A DNA stretch of 64,000 bases from positions 1-64,000 of the IMG/VR virus record IMGVR_UViG_3300029516_000004. The stretch is one strand, 5' to 3'. The DNA is from a virus. Taxonomy: Duplodnaviria > Heunggongvirae > Uroviricota > Caudoviricetes. The notes under the pieces were generated by a model. It was not told where the DNA came from. It searched no databases and saw only the letters and a list, made by a program, of their open reading frames with translations. Made by a program: the position numbers and the translations under genes. Positions within the stretch are counted from its first letter, which is position 1; the number at the start of each line of letters is the position of its first letter. Positions 23,427 to 32,803 of the stretch are shown here, in pieces.

Positions 23427-23867
23427 ATGGCCACACTATCTGATACAATAAAACCGAATAAAACATATCTTGAGGCGGTACTCCGTACAGCGTTGTTAGG
23501 AAAGACAGAAGACGAATACGTTGATTTCTTCCTGTCAGGGCTACGCGGGCGATTAATGAAAAATCCCCGCCTGTACCGCAGCTATGGTCCATACTGGCCG
23601 GAAATTAAAAAATTATTACTGGAGCGCGGTTATGGTAATTTCGGTCGTCTCGTTGACCGTGACGTTCGCAAAATTTACCGTTATGACCGCCCGGCGCTAA
23701 CACTCATAGCCGCGACGCTCTACAGCCAGGAGCGTTTTGATAATGGTCAGATATACTCAGCCTGGCATTTACTTCCAGTGCCTGAAGAAGTTGACGACCA
23801 GGACTATGAGTTTGAGTCTTACGATTTGGAAGTTGAAGCCTTGGCACAGTCTGGAGAGAAAACTTGA
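23427..23867 (+). CDS. Ulx-like protein
   Basis: 146 aa ORF between darB and the lxc candidate. Confidence 0.4.
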   Translation: MATLSDTIKPNKTYLEAVLRTALLGKTEDEYVDFFLSGLRGRLMKNPRLYRSYGPYWPEIKKLLLERGYGNFGRLVDRDVRKIYRYDRPALTLIAATLYSQERFDNGQIYSAWHLLPVPEEVDDQDYEFESYDLEVEALAQSGEKT

Positions 23868-24112
23868 AAAAGCGATACTACACAGTAAAGCATGGGACGC
23901 TACGAGCATTACAAGAGTTTGCTGACAAGCATAACGTTGAGGTGCGCAGGGAAGGGGGAAGTAAAGCTCTGCGCATGTACCGTCCTGACGGAAAATGGCG
24001 GACGGTCGTCGATTTCAAAACAAACAGCGTTCCCCAGGGCGTCCGCGACCGGGCATTCGAAGAATGGGAGCAGATCATCATAGATAATGCTCTGCTACTA
24101 AATGCTGACTGA
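23864..24112 (+). CDS. lxc: Lxc/Bof-like C1 co-repressor
   Basis: 82 aa basic protein; size and position. Confidence 0.5.
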   Translation: MKKRYYTVKHGTLRALQEFADKHNVEVRREGGSKALRMYRPDGKWRTVVDFKTNSVPQGVRDRAFEEWEQIIIDNALLLNAD

Positions 24113-24130
24113 GTTTAATATTACAATATT

Positions 24131-24163
24131 ATCTGGGAGATAAATGCATCTTATTTCCCAGAT
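24131..24163. terminator. Hairpin at the convergent lxc / AraC-gene junction
   Basis: atctgggagataa-atgcatc-ttatttcccagat. Confidence 0.35.
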
Positions 24164-24885
24164 GATAACTGATGTTTTGCATATTCACATGGTGTACAAT
24201 TATAATACTGCCTAAATAGGTACACAAAGTACGATATACTACTAAAACCACAACTTTCTGATACTTGTTTGAGGGGGCAGTTTTGCTTTAGTAATTTAAT
24301 AGCAAAAGCCATCCGTGTATCAAGTAATAACTTACTGAAGGAGGTGTTTTCTAATAATAGTTTTTTCTTTATTAAACTCTCACTCATGTATAGATAATCA
24401 GTTAAATCTCTTAGTTTCCAATGTTTAGATACATCTGAAAGAAATATGCTGCGTACTTTCCCTGAGAAAGTAGGCATGCCAGACGTAAGAAAAGCTCTAA
24501 GGTTGTCAACATCACTAAAAATTGAAAGTAATGAAAAAGTTAAAGCATCCTTAAAATCAGGATGTATATGATTCTGGTCACTTATATTATCGATCATCCT
24601 GATTAATAAATCAGGATAAGCAAAAGACTTTTTTAGCAAATGTGGGCATTTATCTAGAAGTTGCTTCCCTTGGTGATTGTGACAAGATAAATAGTTTCTT
24701 ACAGCACTATCATTAAGTTCGAATTCGATATATTTATCTGAATAGGTTTGTAAGAATTCGCGTTCAGAATGTTTAAGCAACAGCACATCACCATAATTTA
24801 ATATTAAGAAATCCTTAAGAAATTGAAAATTTATCGGTTTCTTTATAAGGATGAAGTAACAGACTCCTGACATAGCTACCACCAT
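24151..24885 (-). CDS. AraC/XylS-family transcriptional regulator
   Basis: C-terminal double HTH (LRDLTDYLYMSESLIKKKLL...VSESCGFSSISYFVYLFRQYYNCTPCEY); markedly AT-rich. Confidence 0.8.
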   Translation of the reverse strand: MVVAMSGVCYFILIKKPINFQFLKDFLILNYGDVLLLKHSEREFLQTYSDKYIEFELNDSAVRNYLSCHNHQGKQLLDKCPHLLKKSFAYPDLLIRMIDNISDQNHIHPDFKDALTFSLLSIFSDVDNLRAFLTSGMPTFSGKVRSIFLSDVSKHWKLRDLTDYLYMSESLIKKKLLLENTSFSKLLLDTRMAFAIKLLKQNCPLKQVSESCGFSSISYFVYLFRQYYNCTPCEYAKHQLSSGK

Positions 24886-25107
24886 TCTAAAGAGGCTTTG
24901 AACAAGAATAGAGATACAGCAGCACTGAAATCAAGAAGTTGTGCAAAAAATAAAAATATTGATTTGTGTCACAGTTGCTGCTTTTTATTATTGAATTTTT
25001 ATCAATTTCACTACAGATAAATAAATTGACATAGTGTGTAACCCCTGTAAATATAAAGGGCACTTTATCTGCTAAAGCCAACCAATTTAAAAATAGAGGG
25101 TGGGAGC

Positions 25108-25797
25108 ATGGAAGTTATCTACATAGTAGAACCAATCATTTCCACAAGCACTAACAAGTTGATAGCAGTGGAAGTGTTGAGCAGATTTTATTCCAACGAG
25201 GGGGCTATTCTTTCTACTCAGAAAGTATTAGGTATGTTTACAAGCAAGATGAAGATTAACTTGCTAAAATCTCAACTTAACACAATAATCAAATATAAGT
25301 ATTTTTTTGAATGCCATAATATATTATGCTCTATCAATGTAGATTATGATACCTGTTTATATATATATGGCAATAAACAAATTCAAGAACTACTAATAAA
25401 CAATAAATTTATAGCGATTGAGATATCAGAAAACTATCCTGATTTTAGCGATGAGGATTACATCATATCCTTTCTACTGACTTTGACAGATAATGTTTGG
25501 CTTGATGATTTTGGAAGTGGTAACGCCACCATGAAAGCATTAATTAAAAATAAATATCATGCAATAAAACTTGATAAGTCATTTTTTCAAGAGCATATGA
25601 TTAAGCCTCATTTTGATGTCATTATTAGCAATTTAAAAAAGTTATGTCCGAATATCATCGCTGAAGGCGTCGAAAACATTGATTGTCATAAGTTATCAAA
25701 AGGGATAGGGCTATGGGGCGCTCAGGGATATTTTTTCCCATCAATTCCGCTGACGGAGATTGAGTCCATAGATAGTAAGTGGCTATCAGATTTATGA
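25108..25797 (+). CDS. Stand-alone EAL-domain protein (putative c-di-GMP phosphodiesterase)
   Basis: EVL motif (AVEVLSRF), DDFGSG, KLDK, EGVE and GAQGYFF motifs in order; GAGGGTGGG RBS; AT-rich. Confidence 0.8.
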   Translation: MEVIYIVEPIISTSTNKLIAVEVLSRFYSNEGAILSTQKVLGMFTSKMKINLLKSQLNTIIKYKYFFECHNILCSINVDYDTCLYIYGNKQIQELLINNKFIAIEISENYPDFSDEDYIISFLLTLTDNVWLDDFGSGNATMKALIKNKYHAIKLDKSFFQEHMIKPHFDVIISNLKKLCPNIIAEGVENIDCHKLSKGIGLWGAQGYFFPSIPLTEIESIDSKWLSDL

Positions 25798-25850
25798 GAT
25801 GCAGAGAGTTAGGATATTGATATGAACATCTAAGCACCTCATTACTGTGC

Positions 25851-26495
25851 TTAAAAGATGTTATCCTTACCTGTTAATTTACCTTGAGGAACTTTAGCGA
25901 GCTCCATACGATAAAATGCTTTTATCATATTTACAAATGGCTCATATGGTGAATATTCGTTGTCTTGTTTAGTAACGGTGTCTGTCATTGTCCTGATGTA
26001 GTCTGCGCTTACCACGTTGTTGTATTCTGTTGCGAAGCAGCATAACAACGTCAGAACATGCTCTGTCGTTATTTCGCTCCAGTTGATGTTGAAAAACTCA
26101 TCGCCTTTTTTATCGTGTTCGGAATCGAAGATGCTTTGGTGGAGGATGTATTTGCCGGATTCCTTGCGCGGTAACTTGATCGCTTTCTGGCGTTCCAACT
26201 CCTTGTAAATCTGCATTGCTTCAATTAGTACCGGCCTGCCGTTCATGAAGGGATCGCGCAACCTTACACGCTGGCCAACTCGACCGGTAATAAAGCTGTT
26301 TTCCTCTTCCACCAGCACGATAAAACCCTTTTCCTCTTTTTCTCGCAATTCGCGCAGCAGCTGGAGTTCCATATCGCGGCGGCGTTCAGGGTAGCTGGTC
26401 CGATCAGCCATTATCAGCTCGTTATTGATCCATGCAGCAGTCATTGACGCCGGTTTGCCGACGCTCATCGAAACAACGCATATTTTCTTATCCAT
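25851..26495 (-). CDS. Hypothetical protein (Mat position)
   Basis: 214 aa from ATG 26495 after GTAGGGGG; no recognised motif. Confidence 0.5.
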   Translation of the reverse strand: MDKKICVVSMSVGKPASMTAAWINNELIMADRTSYPERRRDMELQLLRELREKEEKGFIVLVEEENSFITGRVGQRVRLRDPFMNGRPVLIEAMQIYKELERQKAIKLPRKESGKYILHQSIFDSEHDKKGDEFFNINWSEITTEHVLTLLCCFATEYNNVVSADYIRTMTDTVTKQDNEYSPYEPFVNMIKAFYRMELAKVPQGKLTGKDNIF

Positions 26496-26684
26496 AGCGC
26501 CCCCTACAAAAAAGAAAAGCCACCAGCGGCGGCTTAGCAATACAACAGAAGGTAGCGCCCGGTACTCAGACTGTGCCGTCCATGGAATATTTGAAAAGGG
26601 ATCCATCCGTACCGGGCGTGTGATGATTCTGACTCAAGTCACTTGTCAGTTGTCAATCATTTAAGATTAAAAATAATATATTTA

Positions 26685-27074
26685 TTAGTGCATGATGTTT
26701 GCCATTTCATAGGCGTCAGCCAGCAACTCCATCTCTGACTTGTTCAGCAAGGTGAATTCTTTCTTGCTTCCAACCACACCATCTGCATGAACAGGGACCA
26801 GCCAGGGGTATTTTTCTCTTACTTCAGCCGGTGCTGCATGCTGGTGGTACCATCTACAAAGTGGCAATTGCTTTTTGTGACAACCCGGCGCGGTACGACC
26901 GGCGATATGGTGCAGAGACACCTCATTAGATATTACTCCAGGCATATAGCAGGCAATGCAGGGGAGAGCGCCAAGAGCATTGGCGATGCGCCGTTCCTCC
27001 GTCGTTGGTGGGCTCCGTTTGGGAAACGGAAGATATTGTACGTTAAGATGATTTTTTGTACTGGCTGACATCAA
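26685..27074 (-). CDS. HNH-family nuclease-like protein (possible Ref homologue)
   Basis: Cys/His pattern CIAC...SLHHIAG...CHKKQLPLC. Confidence 0.45.
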   Translation of the reverse strand: MMSASTKNHLNVQYLPFPKRSPPTTEERRIANALGALPCIACYMPGVISNEVSLHHIAGRTAPGCHKKQLPLCRWYHQHAAPAEVREKYPWLVPVHADGVVGSKKEFTLLNKSEMELLADAYEMANIMH

Positions 27075-27289
27075 TAAGCCTTAAAGGACGATACTTCCTT
27101 TCAATGCGTCAGATCTGTACCCGCTTTCAGCAGACATATTCCTGAAACCTGAGAGCCAGAAGAATGGCCTGATATCATCCAAATATGGCATTATTTCAGT
27201 GGCAGGCAGGCCTGATTTAATCATAATTATCACATTAGGCCATCATGATATGGCTCTGATGGTTATTAACCAATACAGGACTTGCTAAA

Positions 27290-28066
27290 ATGAAGATCAT
27301 CCAGGTACGTAACGCCACACAACTCATTTCTTACGCTGGTAAAAAATTTCTTGTCGATCCGATGCTTGCGAAAAAAGAAGCCTATCCGGGATTCGAAGGA
27401 ACGGCCCGGTCAGATATCCGCATCCCGATGACTGAGCTGCCTTTTGACCTTGATGTACTGCTGGATGTGGATGCCATTATTGTCACCCACACACACCCTG
27501 ACCACTGGGATGAAGCGGCTGTTGCGCACATCCCGAAAGATAAACTGATTTATGTTCAGAATGAACATGATGAAAAGATCCTGCGTTCCCAGGGCTTCAG
27601 CAACCTTGTTATTCTGTCTGACAAAAGCACATTTGGCGAAATTTCACTTATTAAAACCGTTTGTCAGCATGGTTCGGACGAAGCCTATGCTAACCCGCAA
27701 CTCGCAGCAATCCTTGGGGATGCCTGTGGGGTGGTCTTCCAGCATCCGTCCGAAAAAACGCTCTATCTGGTCGGGGATACCATCTGGATCAAGGCTGTAG
27801 AGGATAATTTACGTCGGTTCAATCCTGGCGTCGTTATTATGAATACGGGCTGGGCGCATGTTCTCGGATTCGGCCCCATTATTTTCGGCAGGGAAGATGT
27901 CCTGAAAGCCCATCGTATCGTACCAGAGGCACTGATTGTGGCAACGCACATGGAGGCCGTAAACCACTGTCTGCTGACCCGTCAGGAACTGCTGGAATAT
28001 GCCCGCGATAACCAGATCCAGGCGTCAGTTGCCGTTCCTGCTGATGGTGAATCAGTTACGATTTAA
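27290..28066 (+). CDS. MBL-fold metallo-hydrolase
   Basis: THTHPDHW metal-binding motif and downstream His/Asp residues. Confidence 0.8.
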   Translation: MKIIQVRNATQLISYAGKKFLVDPMLAKKEAYPGFEGTARSDIRIPMTELPFDLDVLLDVDAIIVTHTHPDHWDEAAVAHIPKDKLIYVQNEHDEKILRSQGFSNLVILSDKSTFGEISLIKTVCQHGSDEAYANPQLAAILGDACGVVFQHPSEKTLYLVGDTIWIKAVEDNLRRFNPGVVIMNTGWAHVLGFGPIIFGREDVLKAHRIVPEALIVATHMEAVNHCLLTRQELLEYARDNQIQASVAVPADGESVTI

Positions 28067-28081
28067 CCCGGAGGCCATGGC

Positions 28082-29071
28082 ATGTCCACCATCACTGTCG
28101 CTATAGTGATCACCGAAGGGTTCAGTACATTTCATGTCTCCGTTCCACTAATCCTGTTCGGGGAGATACTGGAAGGGAAGGCTCTCTTCAGCCGCCGGGT
28201 ATGTGCGGAAGAGCCCGGGCTTATCTGGTCTGCTGAAGGTACGGCGATGAGGGCAGAATACGGGCTTGATGCACTGGCAGAGGCCGATATCGTTATTATT
28301 CCTTTCTGGAAACACATCCATGAAAGGCCTTCTGAAACTCTGCTCAGTGCCCTGGTTGCAGCCTGGAAAAATGGAGCTCAGGTGGTGGGCCTGTGCCTGG
28401 GGAGTTTTGTTCTGGCTTACACCGGTCTGCTGGATGGTAAACGGGCGGCCACGCACTGGGAGGCTGAACGGGATTTCCAGATGCTTTTCCCGGCGGTTCA
28501 TCTGGACGTGAACGTGCTTTATGTTGAGGACGAGCGGATTATCACCTCAGCCGGTACAGCCGCAGCACTGGACTGTTGTCTCCATGTGATCCGGCAACGC
28601 CTGGGCAGATATACGGCTAATCAAATAGCCCGCCGGATGGTTGCTCCTCCTTACCGGGAAGGCGGACAGGCACAGTACCGGCAACTGCTTATTCCCAAAA
28701 GTACGTCCGATAACCGCATAAACCAGCTGCTGGAATACCTGTCCGCAAATCTGGGATTACCACATGATATTGACACTCTGGCCCATTTAGCCTCCATGAG
28801 CCGAAGAACGCTTACACGCCATTTTCATTCGGCCACAGGAATGACGGTCTGGGAGTGGATCACCACAGAGCGTCTCCGGCGGAGTCAGGAACTGCTGGAA
28901 AGTACAGATATTGCAGTGGAGCGGGTTGCCGAACTGGCAGGCTTTCAGTCCACCATTACTTTCCGGCAGATATTCCGGCAGCGGATGGGAGTCAGTCCCA
29001 GTGAATGGCGAAAAACATTTAACGGAACGCCGGAAGGCAATATTCCGGCAGGTAAAGAAACTGAAAAATGA
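28082..29071 (+). CDS. GlxA-family regulator (DJ-1/PfpI domain + AraC HTH)
   Basis: N-terminal DJ-1-like fold with GLCLGSF; C-terminal AraC HTH (MSRRTLTRHF...FQSTITFRQIFRQRMGVSPSEWRK). Confidence 0.85.
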   Translation: MSTITVAIVITEGFSTFHVSVPLILFGEILEGKALFSRRVCAEEPGLIWSAEGTAMRAEYGLDALAEADIVIIPFWKHIHERPSETLLSALVAAWKNGAQVVGLCLGSFVLAYTGLLDGKRAATHWEAERDFQMLFPAVHLDVNVLYVEDERIITSAGTAAALDCCLHVIRQRLGRYTANQIARRMVAPPYREGGQAQYRQLLIPKSTSDNRINQLLEYLSANLGLPHDIDTLAHLASMSRRTLTRHFHSATGMTVWEWITTERLRRSQELLESTDIAVERVAELAGFQSTITFRQIFRQRMGVSPSEWRKTFNGTPEGNIPAGKETEK

Positions 29072-29079
29072 GGTGCAAT

Positions 29080-29481
29080 ATGTCTGTTGAAGAAAATATC
29101 AAAACGGTTAAAAAGTTTTATCGTCTGATTGAAGAAAATAAATATGATGAGGTGAAAAACCTCTGCCATCCGGATTTTAAATTCTATTCTCAGGTGGATA
29201 CACCGCTGAACAGTGAGCAGTTTATCGTACAGGAAAAAGGCCATATGGATGCTTTTCCGGGATTTACAATGCGTATCCACGAAATCTTTGCCAGAGACGA
29301 TAAAGTCGCCTGCTATCTTATCTTTGAAGGCGTGCAGACCCGTGAATTCCTTGGGCATCCTGCCAGCGGCAGGAAAGTGCGCTTTTCTCTGATGTTTATG
29401 ATCACTCTGAAAGACGGGAAATATATAGAAAAACGGGCTCATTATAATACAGCGGATATCCTCCGGCAGTTGTCAGCCTGA
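29080..29481 (+). CDS. SnoaL-like / ester cyclase family protein
   Basis: 133 aa, NTF2-like pattern (VKKFYRLIEEN...DFKFYSQ...); translationally coupled to upstream regulator. Confidence 0.6.
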   Translation: MSVEENIKTVKKFYRLIEENKYDEVKNLCHPDFKFYSQVDTPLNSEQFIVQEKGHMDAFPGFTMRIHEIFARDDKVACYLIFEGVQTREFLGHPASGRKVRFSLMFMITLKDGKYIEKRAHYNTADILRQLSA

Positions 29482-29734
29482 GTGGCAACACATTGCCCAG
29501 TCTGTATTATTACAGGCAGGGCTGCGTATCTGACAGGAGCAATGAGCTTAGCCTGGAAAGGTAATCCATTAACGCCAGGGCTACTTTTTATTCCGATTCA
29601 GGCTCTCTATAAAGGGCTTGAATGCGGCATATCTGTGAAGGACTGTACCCTGTCGCATCTACCGTTTCATGGATACTTAGTTTCTTGACCTGCCGGTAGT
29701 ACAGGACTTTCTGATGCCGTTCCTGATCGGCCTG

Positions 29735-30228
29735 TTATCCCCGGTATTTACCCAGCGTATGAGCCCGTTCAATTCCCTGTTGTTGCCGTTGGCGACGGCT
29801 CAGCCAGTCCTTATGCGACATCGCGGCCATCAGGTCGATAAGCATGTTATTGATGGCGGTTATCACGGCGCGGGTGATTGGGTCAGCCTGCGAAGGGTCT
29901 TTATCTGACAGCGCCTGCCATGAGGTGGATACATCCAGGCGACAATCCGCAGTTCGTGTTGTTCTATCTGCTTTTTCAGCGTAATCCAGTCACTGTTACT
30001 CAGACGGGTCAGGCGGTCAATTTGCTCGACCAGTAAAATATCATTGCGGTGGCTGTCCATCAGTAAGCGTCCCAGTTCCGGGCGGTCGAGTTTTGTACCG
30101 CTTATGTTCTCCCGGTAGTAACTGGCTATTTTATGTCCCCGCTCCTGAACAAACTGCCCCAGCATCTCTTTTGCCCGATCGGCAAACTGATCTTCCGTTG
30201 ATGCCCTTAAATAAGCTCTGATGAACAT
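29735..30228 (-). pseudogene. Serine recombinase (resolvase family), frameshifted and lacking C-terminal HTH
   Basis: N-terminus MFIRAYLRASTEDQ...LLVEQIDRLTRL in one frame; continuation LDVSTSWQALS...GKYRG* in the +1 frame (one base missing in gtcgcctgg run near 29935) and stops before the DNA-binding domain. Confidence 0.6.
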
Positions 30229-30510
30229 TTTTCCACCACGTTATCGCTTTTAGGTTATTGCATTTAATCTATCGCAATGGCAGAGTCCTGTCCGGGAACC
30301 TCGCGGGCTTCTCTGGAAAACATGCAGGCATGGTACATCCGAGATGAAACCTACTCTGCTGCCCTGGCGGAACTGGTTAAGTAGGTAATGGCCACGTCTT
30401 CGTAGTTGACTAACGCCACGGCTCAATTATAACAATCAATTAGAGCAATGTTATATTGTTTATCTTCAGTCACATTTTTTCACTTTAGTATCTATGTGCT
30501 ATACTCCTTT

Positions 30511-30578
30511 CTGATTGATTGGATGCGGAACACAAACCCGCTCTTTAGTGCAGCCTGGCTCCTTGCCAGGCTTTTTTT
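30511..30578 (+). ncRNA. Candidate small antisense RNA carrying CUGAUUGAUUGG seed
   Basis: -10-like TATACT at 30500-30505, seed 30516-30527, small hairpin gcgg-N9-ccgc, then intrinsic terminator agcctggc-tcctt-gccaggct plus T7; no ORF on either strand. Confidence 0.3.
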
Positions 30579-30888
30579 ATTTCATCATGGAAGCTGTTAA
30601 CGCTTTGGACCTTGCTGAACTGATTGAAAGGACATTGTTAACCTTATCCAAGAGTTCGCCAAAGTCAGACACTACTTTAGCAAAACCGCGCCGTGCTTCT
30701 TCCTCGGTGGCATTCATCACGAAATGTTCAGCACTACGCATACTTCTGACAGGGAACGCAACGGATATTGAGTCAATATCAGGCATTCTATCGCTCAGCT
30801 TTACAGTGACAATGACGGCTGGCGACTGAATATTAGTGCTCACAGACAGCACTACATATTTTCCGTCGATGTTGAAATCCTTTCTCAT
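30577..30888 (-). CDS. Hypothetical protein downstream of cre (Cra position)
   Basis: 103 aa ORF co-directional with cre. Confidence 0.4.
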   Translation of the reverse strand: MRKDFNIDGKYVVLSVSTNIQSPAVIVTVKLSDRMPDIDSISVAFPVRSMRSAEHFVMNATEEEARRGFAKVVSDFGELLDKVNNVLSISSARSKALTASMMK

Positions 30889-30938
30889 ATGTCACCATAA
30901 ATATCAAAGAATTAGAGCAATCATTTACGCGTTAATGG

Positions 30939-31970
30939 CTAATCGCCATCTTCCAGCAGGCGCACCATTGCCCCTGTTTCACTATCCAGGTTACGGATAT
31001 AGTTCATGACAATATTTACGTTGGTCCAGCCACCAGCTTGCATGATCTCCGGTATTGAAACTCCGGCACGGGCCATATCTCGCGCGGCTCCGACACGGGC
31101 ACTGTGTCCAGACCAGGCCAGGTACCTCTGGCCAGAGTCATCCTTAGCCCCGTAAATCAATCGGTGAGTTGCTTCAAAAATCCCTTCCAGGGCGCGAGTT
31201 GATAGCTGGCTGGTGGCAGATGGCGCGGCAACACCATTTTTTCTGACACGGCAAAACAAGAAGTTATTCGGATCATCAGCCACACCAGAGACAGAAATCC
31301 ATCGCTCAACCAGTTTAGTTACCCCCAGACTAAGTGCCTTCTCTACACCAGCGGTGCTAACCAGCGTTTTCGTTCTGCCAATATGGATTAACATTCTCCC
31401 ACCGTCAGTACGTGAGATATCTTTAACTCTGATCCTAGAAATTTCGGCTATACGTAACAGGGTGTTATAAGCAATCCCCAGAAATGCCAGATTACGTATA
31501 TCCTGGCAGCGATCGCTATTTTCCATGAGTGAACGAACCTGGTCGAAATCAGTGCGTTCGAACGCCAGCGCCTGTTTTGCACGCTCACCGGCATCAACGT
31601 TTTCTTTTCGGATCCGTCGCATGACCAGTGAAACAGCATTGCTGTCACTTGGTCGTGGCAGCCCGGACCGACGATGAAGCATATTTAGCTGGCCCAAATG
31701 TTGCTGGATAGTTTTCACTGCCAGACCGCGCGCCTGAAGATATAGAAGATAATCGCGAACATCTTCAGGTTCTGCGGGAAACCACTTCCGGTTATTCAAC
31801 TTGCACCATGCCGCCCACGACCGGCAAACGGACAGAAGCATTTTCCAGGTATGCTCAGAAAACGCCTGGCGATCCCTGAACATGTCCATCAGGTTCTTGC
31901 GAACCTCATCACTCGTTGCATCGACCGGTAATGCAGGCAAATTTTGGTGTACGGTCAGTAAATTAGACAT
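30939..31970 (-). CDS. cre: Cre tyrosine site-specific recombinase
   Basis: 343 aa; sequence read as Cre throughout (MSNLLTVHQNLPALPVDATSDEVRKNLMDMFRDRQAFSEHTWKMLLSVCRSWAAWCKLNNRKWFPAEP...), loxP about 420 bp upstream. Confidence 0.98.
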   Translation of the reverse strand: MSNLLTVHQNLPALPVDATSDEVRKNLMDMFRDRQAFSEHTWKMLLSVCRSWAAWCKLNNRKWFPAEPEDVRDYLLYLQARGLAVKTIQQHLGQLNMLHRRSGLPRPSDSNAVSLVMRRIRKENVDAGERAKQALAFERTDFDQVRSLMENSDRCQDIRNLAFLGIAYNTLLRIAEISRIRVKDISRTDGGRMLIHIGRTKTLVSTAGVEKALSLGVTKLVERWISVSGVADDPNNFLFCRVRKNGVAAPSATSQLSTRALEGIFEATHRLIYGAKDDSGQRYLAWSGHSARVGAARDMARAGVSIPEIMQAGGWTNVNIVMNYIRNLDSETGAMVRLLEDGD

Positions 31971-32296
31971 TTAACACTCAGATAATGGTTTTAAGTAAAG
32001 TGTACAGGATCGGCTCTGCCTTTACCTGTTTATGGTTCTCGTCATAGAAACGCCAGCGACCGCGCGTGCGTTCTATTTTCTCTTCACCGCGCGATAATGA
32101 CAGTTGGCAACTATCACGCTCAAACCCTTTTGCCCGCCAGTAACCACGGTTTTTCTCAAGCTCAAGATGAGTGGACACTTTAGCAGCTGAATATCCCATT
32201 TTTCACCTCTGATTGATTGGTGGTGCTAAGTGCGCTACGCGAAATCTGGAGCACTAACACTGCCAACATTTCGCAGATTTTACGTAGCGCAACCTT

Positions 32297-32369
32297 GATC
32301 AAATGATCAAGTGATCACTATTTGACCTGATAAGGTATTGAACTGTATGGATTTACAGGTAAATTGATC
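32297..32369. promoter_or_regulatory. GATC cluster in the cre promoter region
   Basis: Four GATC sites within 73 bp between loxP and cre. Confidence 0.5.
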
Positions 32370-32388
32370 ATATTCAATAACCCTTAAG

Positions 32389-32422
32389 ATAACTTCGTAT
32401 AATGTATGCTATACGAAGTTAT
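32389..32422. other. loxP recombination site
   Basis: Exact ATAACTTCGTATA-ATGTATGC-TATACGAAGTTAT. Confidence 0.98.
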
Positions 32423-32465
32423 TAGGTCTGAAGAGGGGTTTACTTCCAGCTGCGCATAAAAATCA

Positions 32466-32482
32466 AGAATTATTAGAGCAAT
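32466..32482 (-). promoter_or_regulatory. C1 operator-like site
   Basis: agaattattagagcaat, 15/17 to operator consensus. Confidence 0.6.
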
Positions 32483-32537
32483 AAATTTTGAGAGAAAAAT
32501 CCCACTCCACCAGCCAAAAACTGGATTGCTTTTCATA

Positions 32538-32554
32538 GTTGTTTGACAATTGCT
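32538..32554 (+). promoter_or_regulatory. C1 operator-like site
   Basis: attgctctaataaatta, 16/17 to ATTGCTCTAATAAATTT. Confidence 0.7.
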
Positions 32555-32803
32555 CTAATAAATTATAGTTTTGCCGCCGTTTCGTAATACGACTTTGGAT
32601 TCACTATTTAATGTGTCTTCAGCGTTGTAGAGCGGCTCAGAAGGAAATGAGCAAACAGGGAAACCTTATACAACGGCATTACAGCTATGCATTGCTCATC
32701 TTACACACAGCGCAATGTTGTTAGATTACCCCAGCATGGATCATGGGTGAAACAGTAGGTCAGAGCTTCAGGCTCTGTGTTGTCAATACAGTGAGGCATA
32801 ATT

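Noticed and set aside
24151-30228. Type III res-mod (EcoP1I-like) genes between lxc and cre
   Set aside because: No methyltransferase or helicase motifs of the right size; the interval holds AraC/EAL, Ref/Mat-position genes and the MBL/GlxA/SnoaL cassette.
31978-32199. 73-aa ORF between loxP and cre as an independent gene
   Set aside because: It lies entirely in the cre leader, ends at the cre start codon and has no recognisable domain; more likely a leader/coupling ORF or non-coding. Its initiation region is kept as a regulatory observation.
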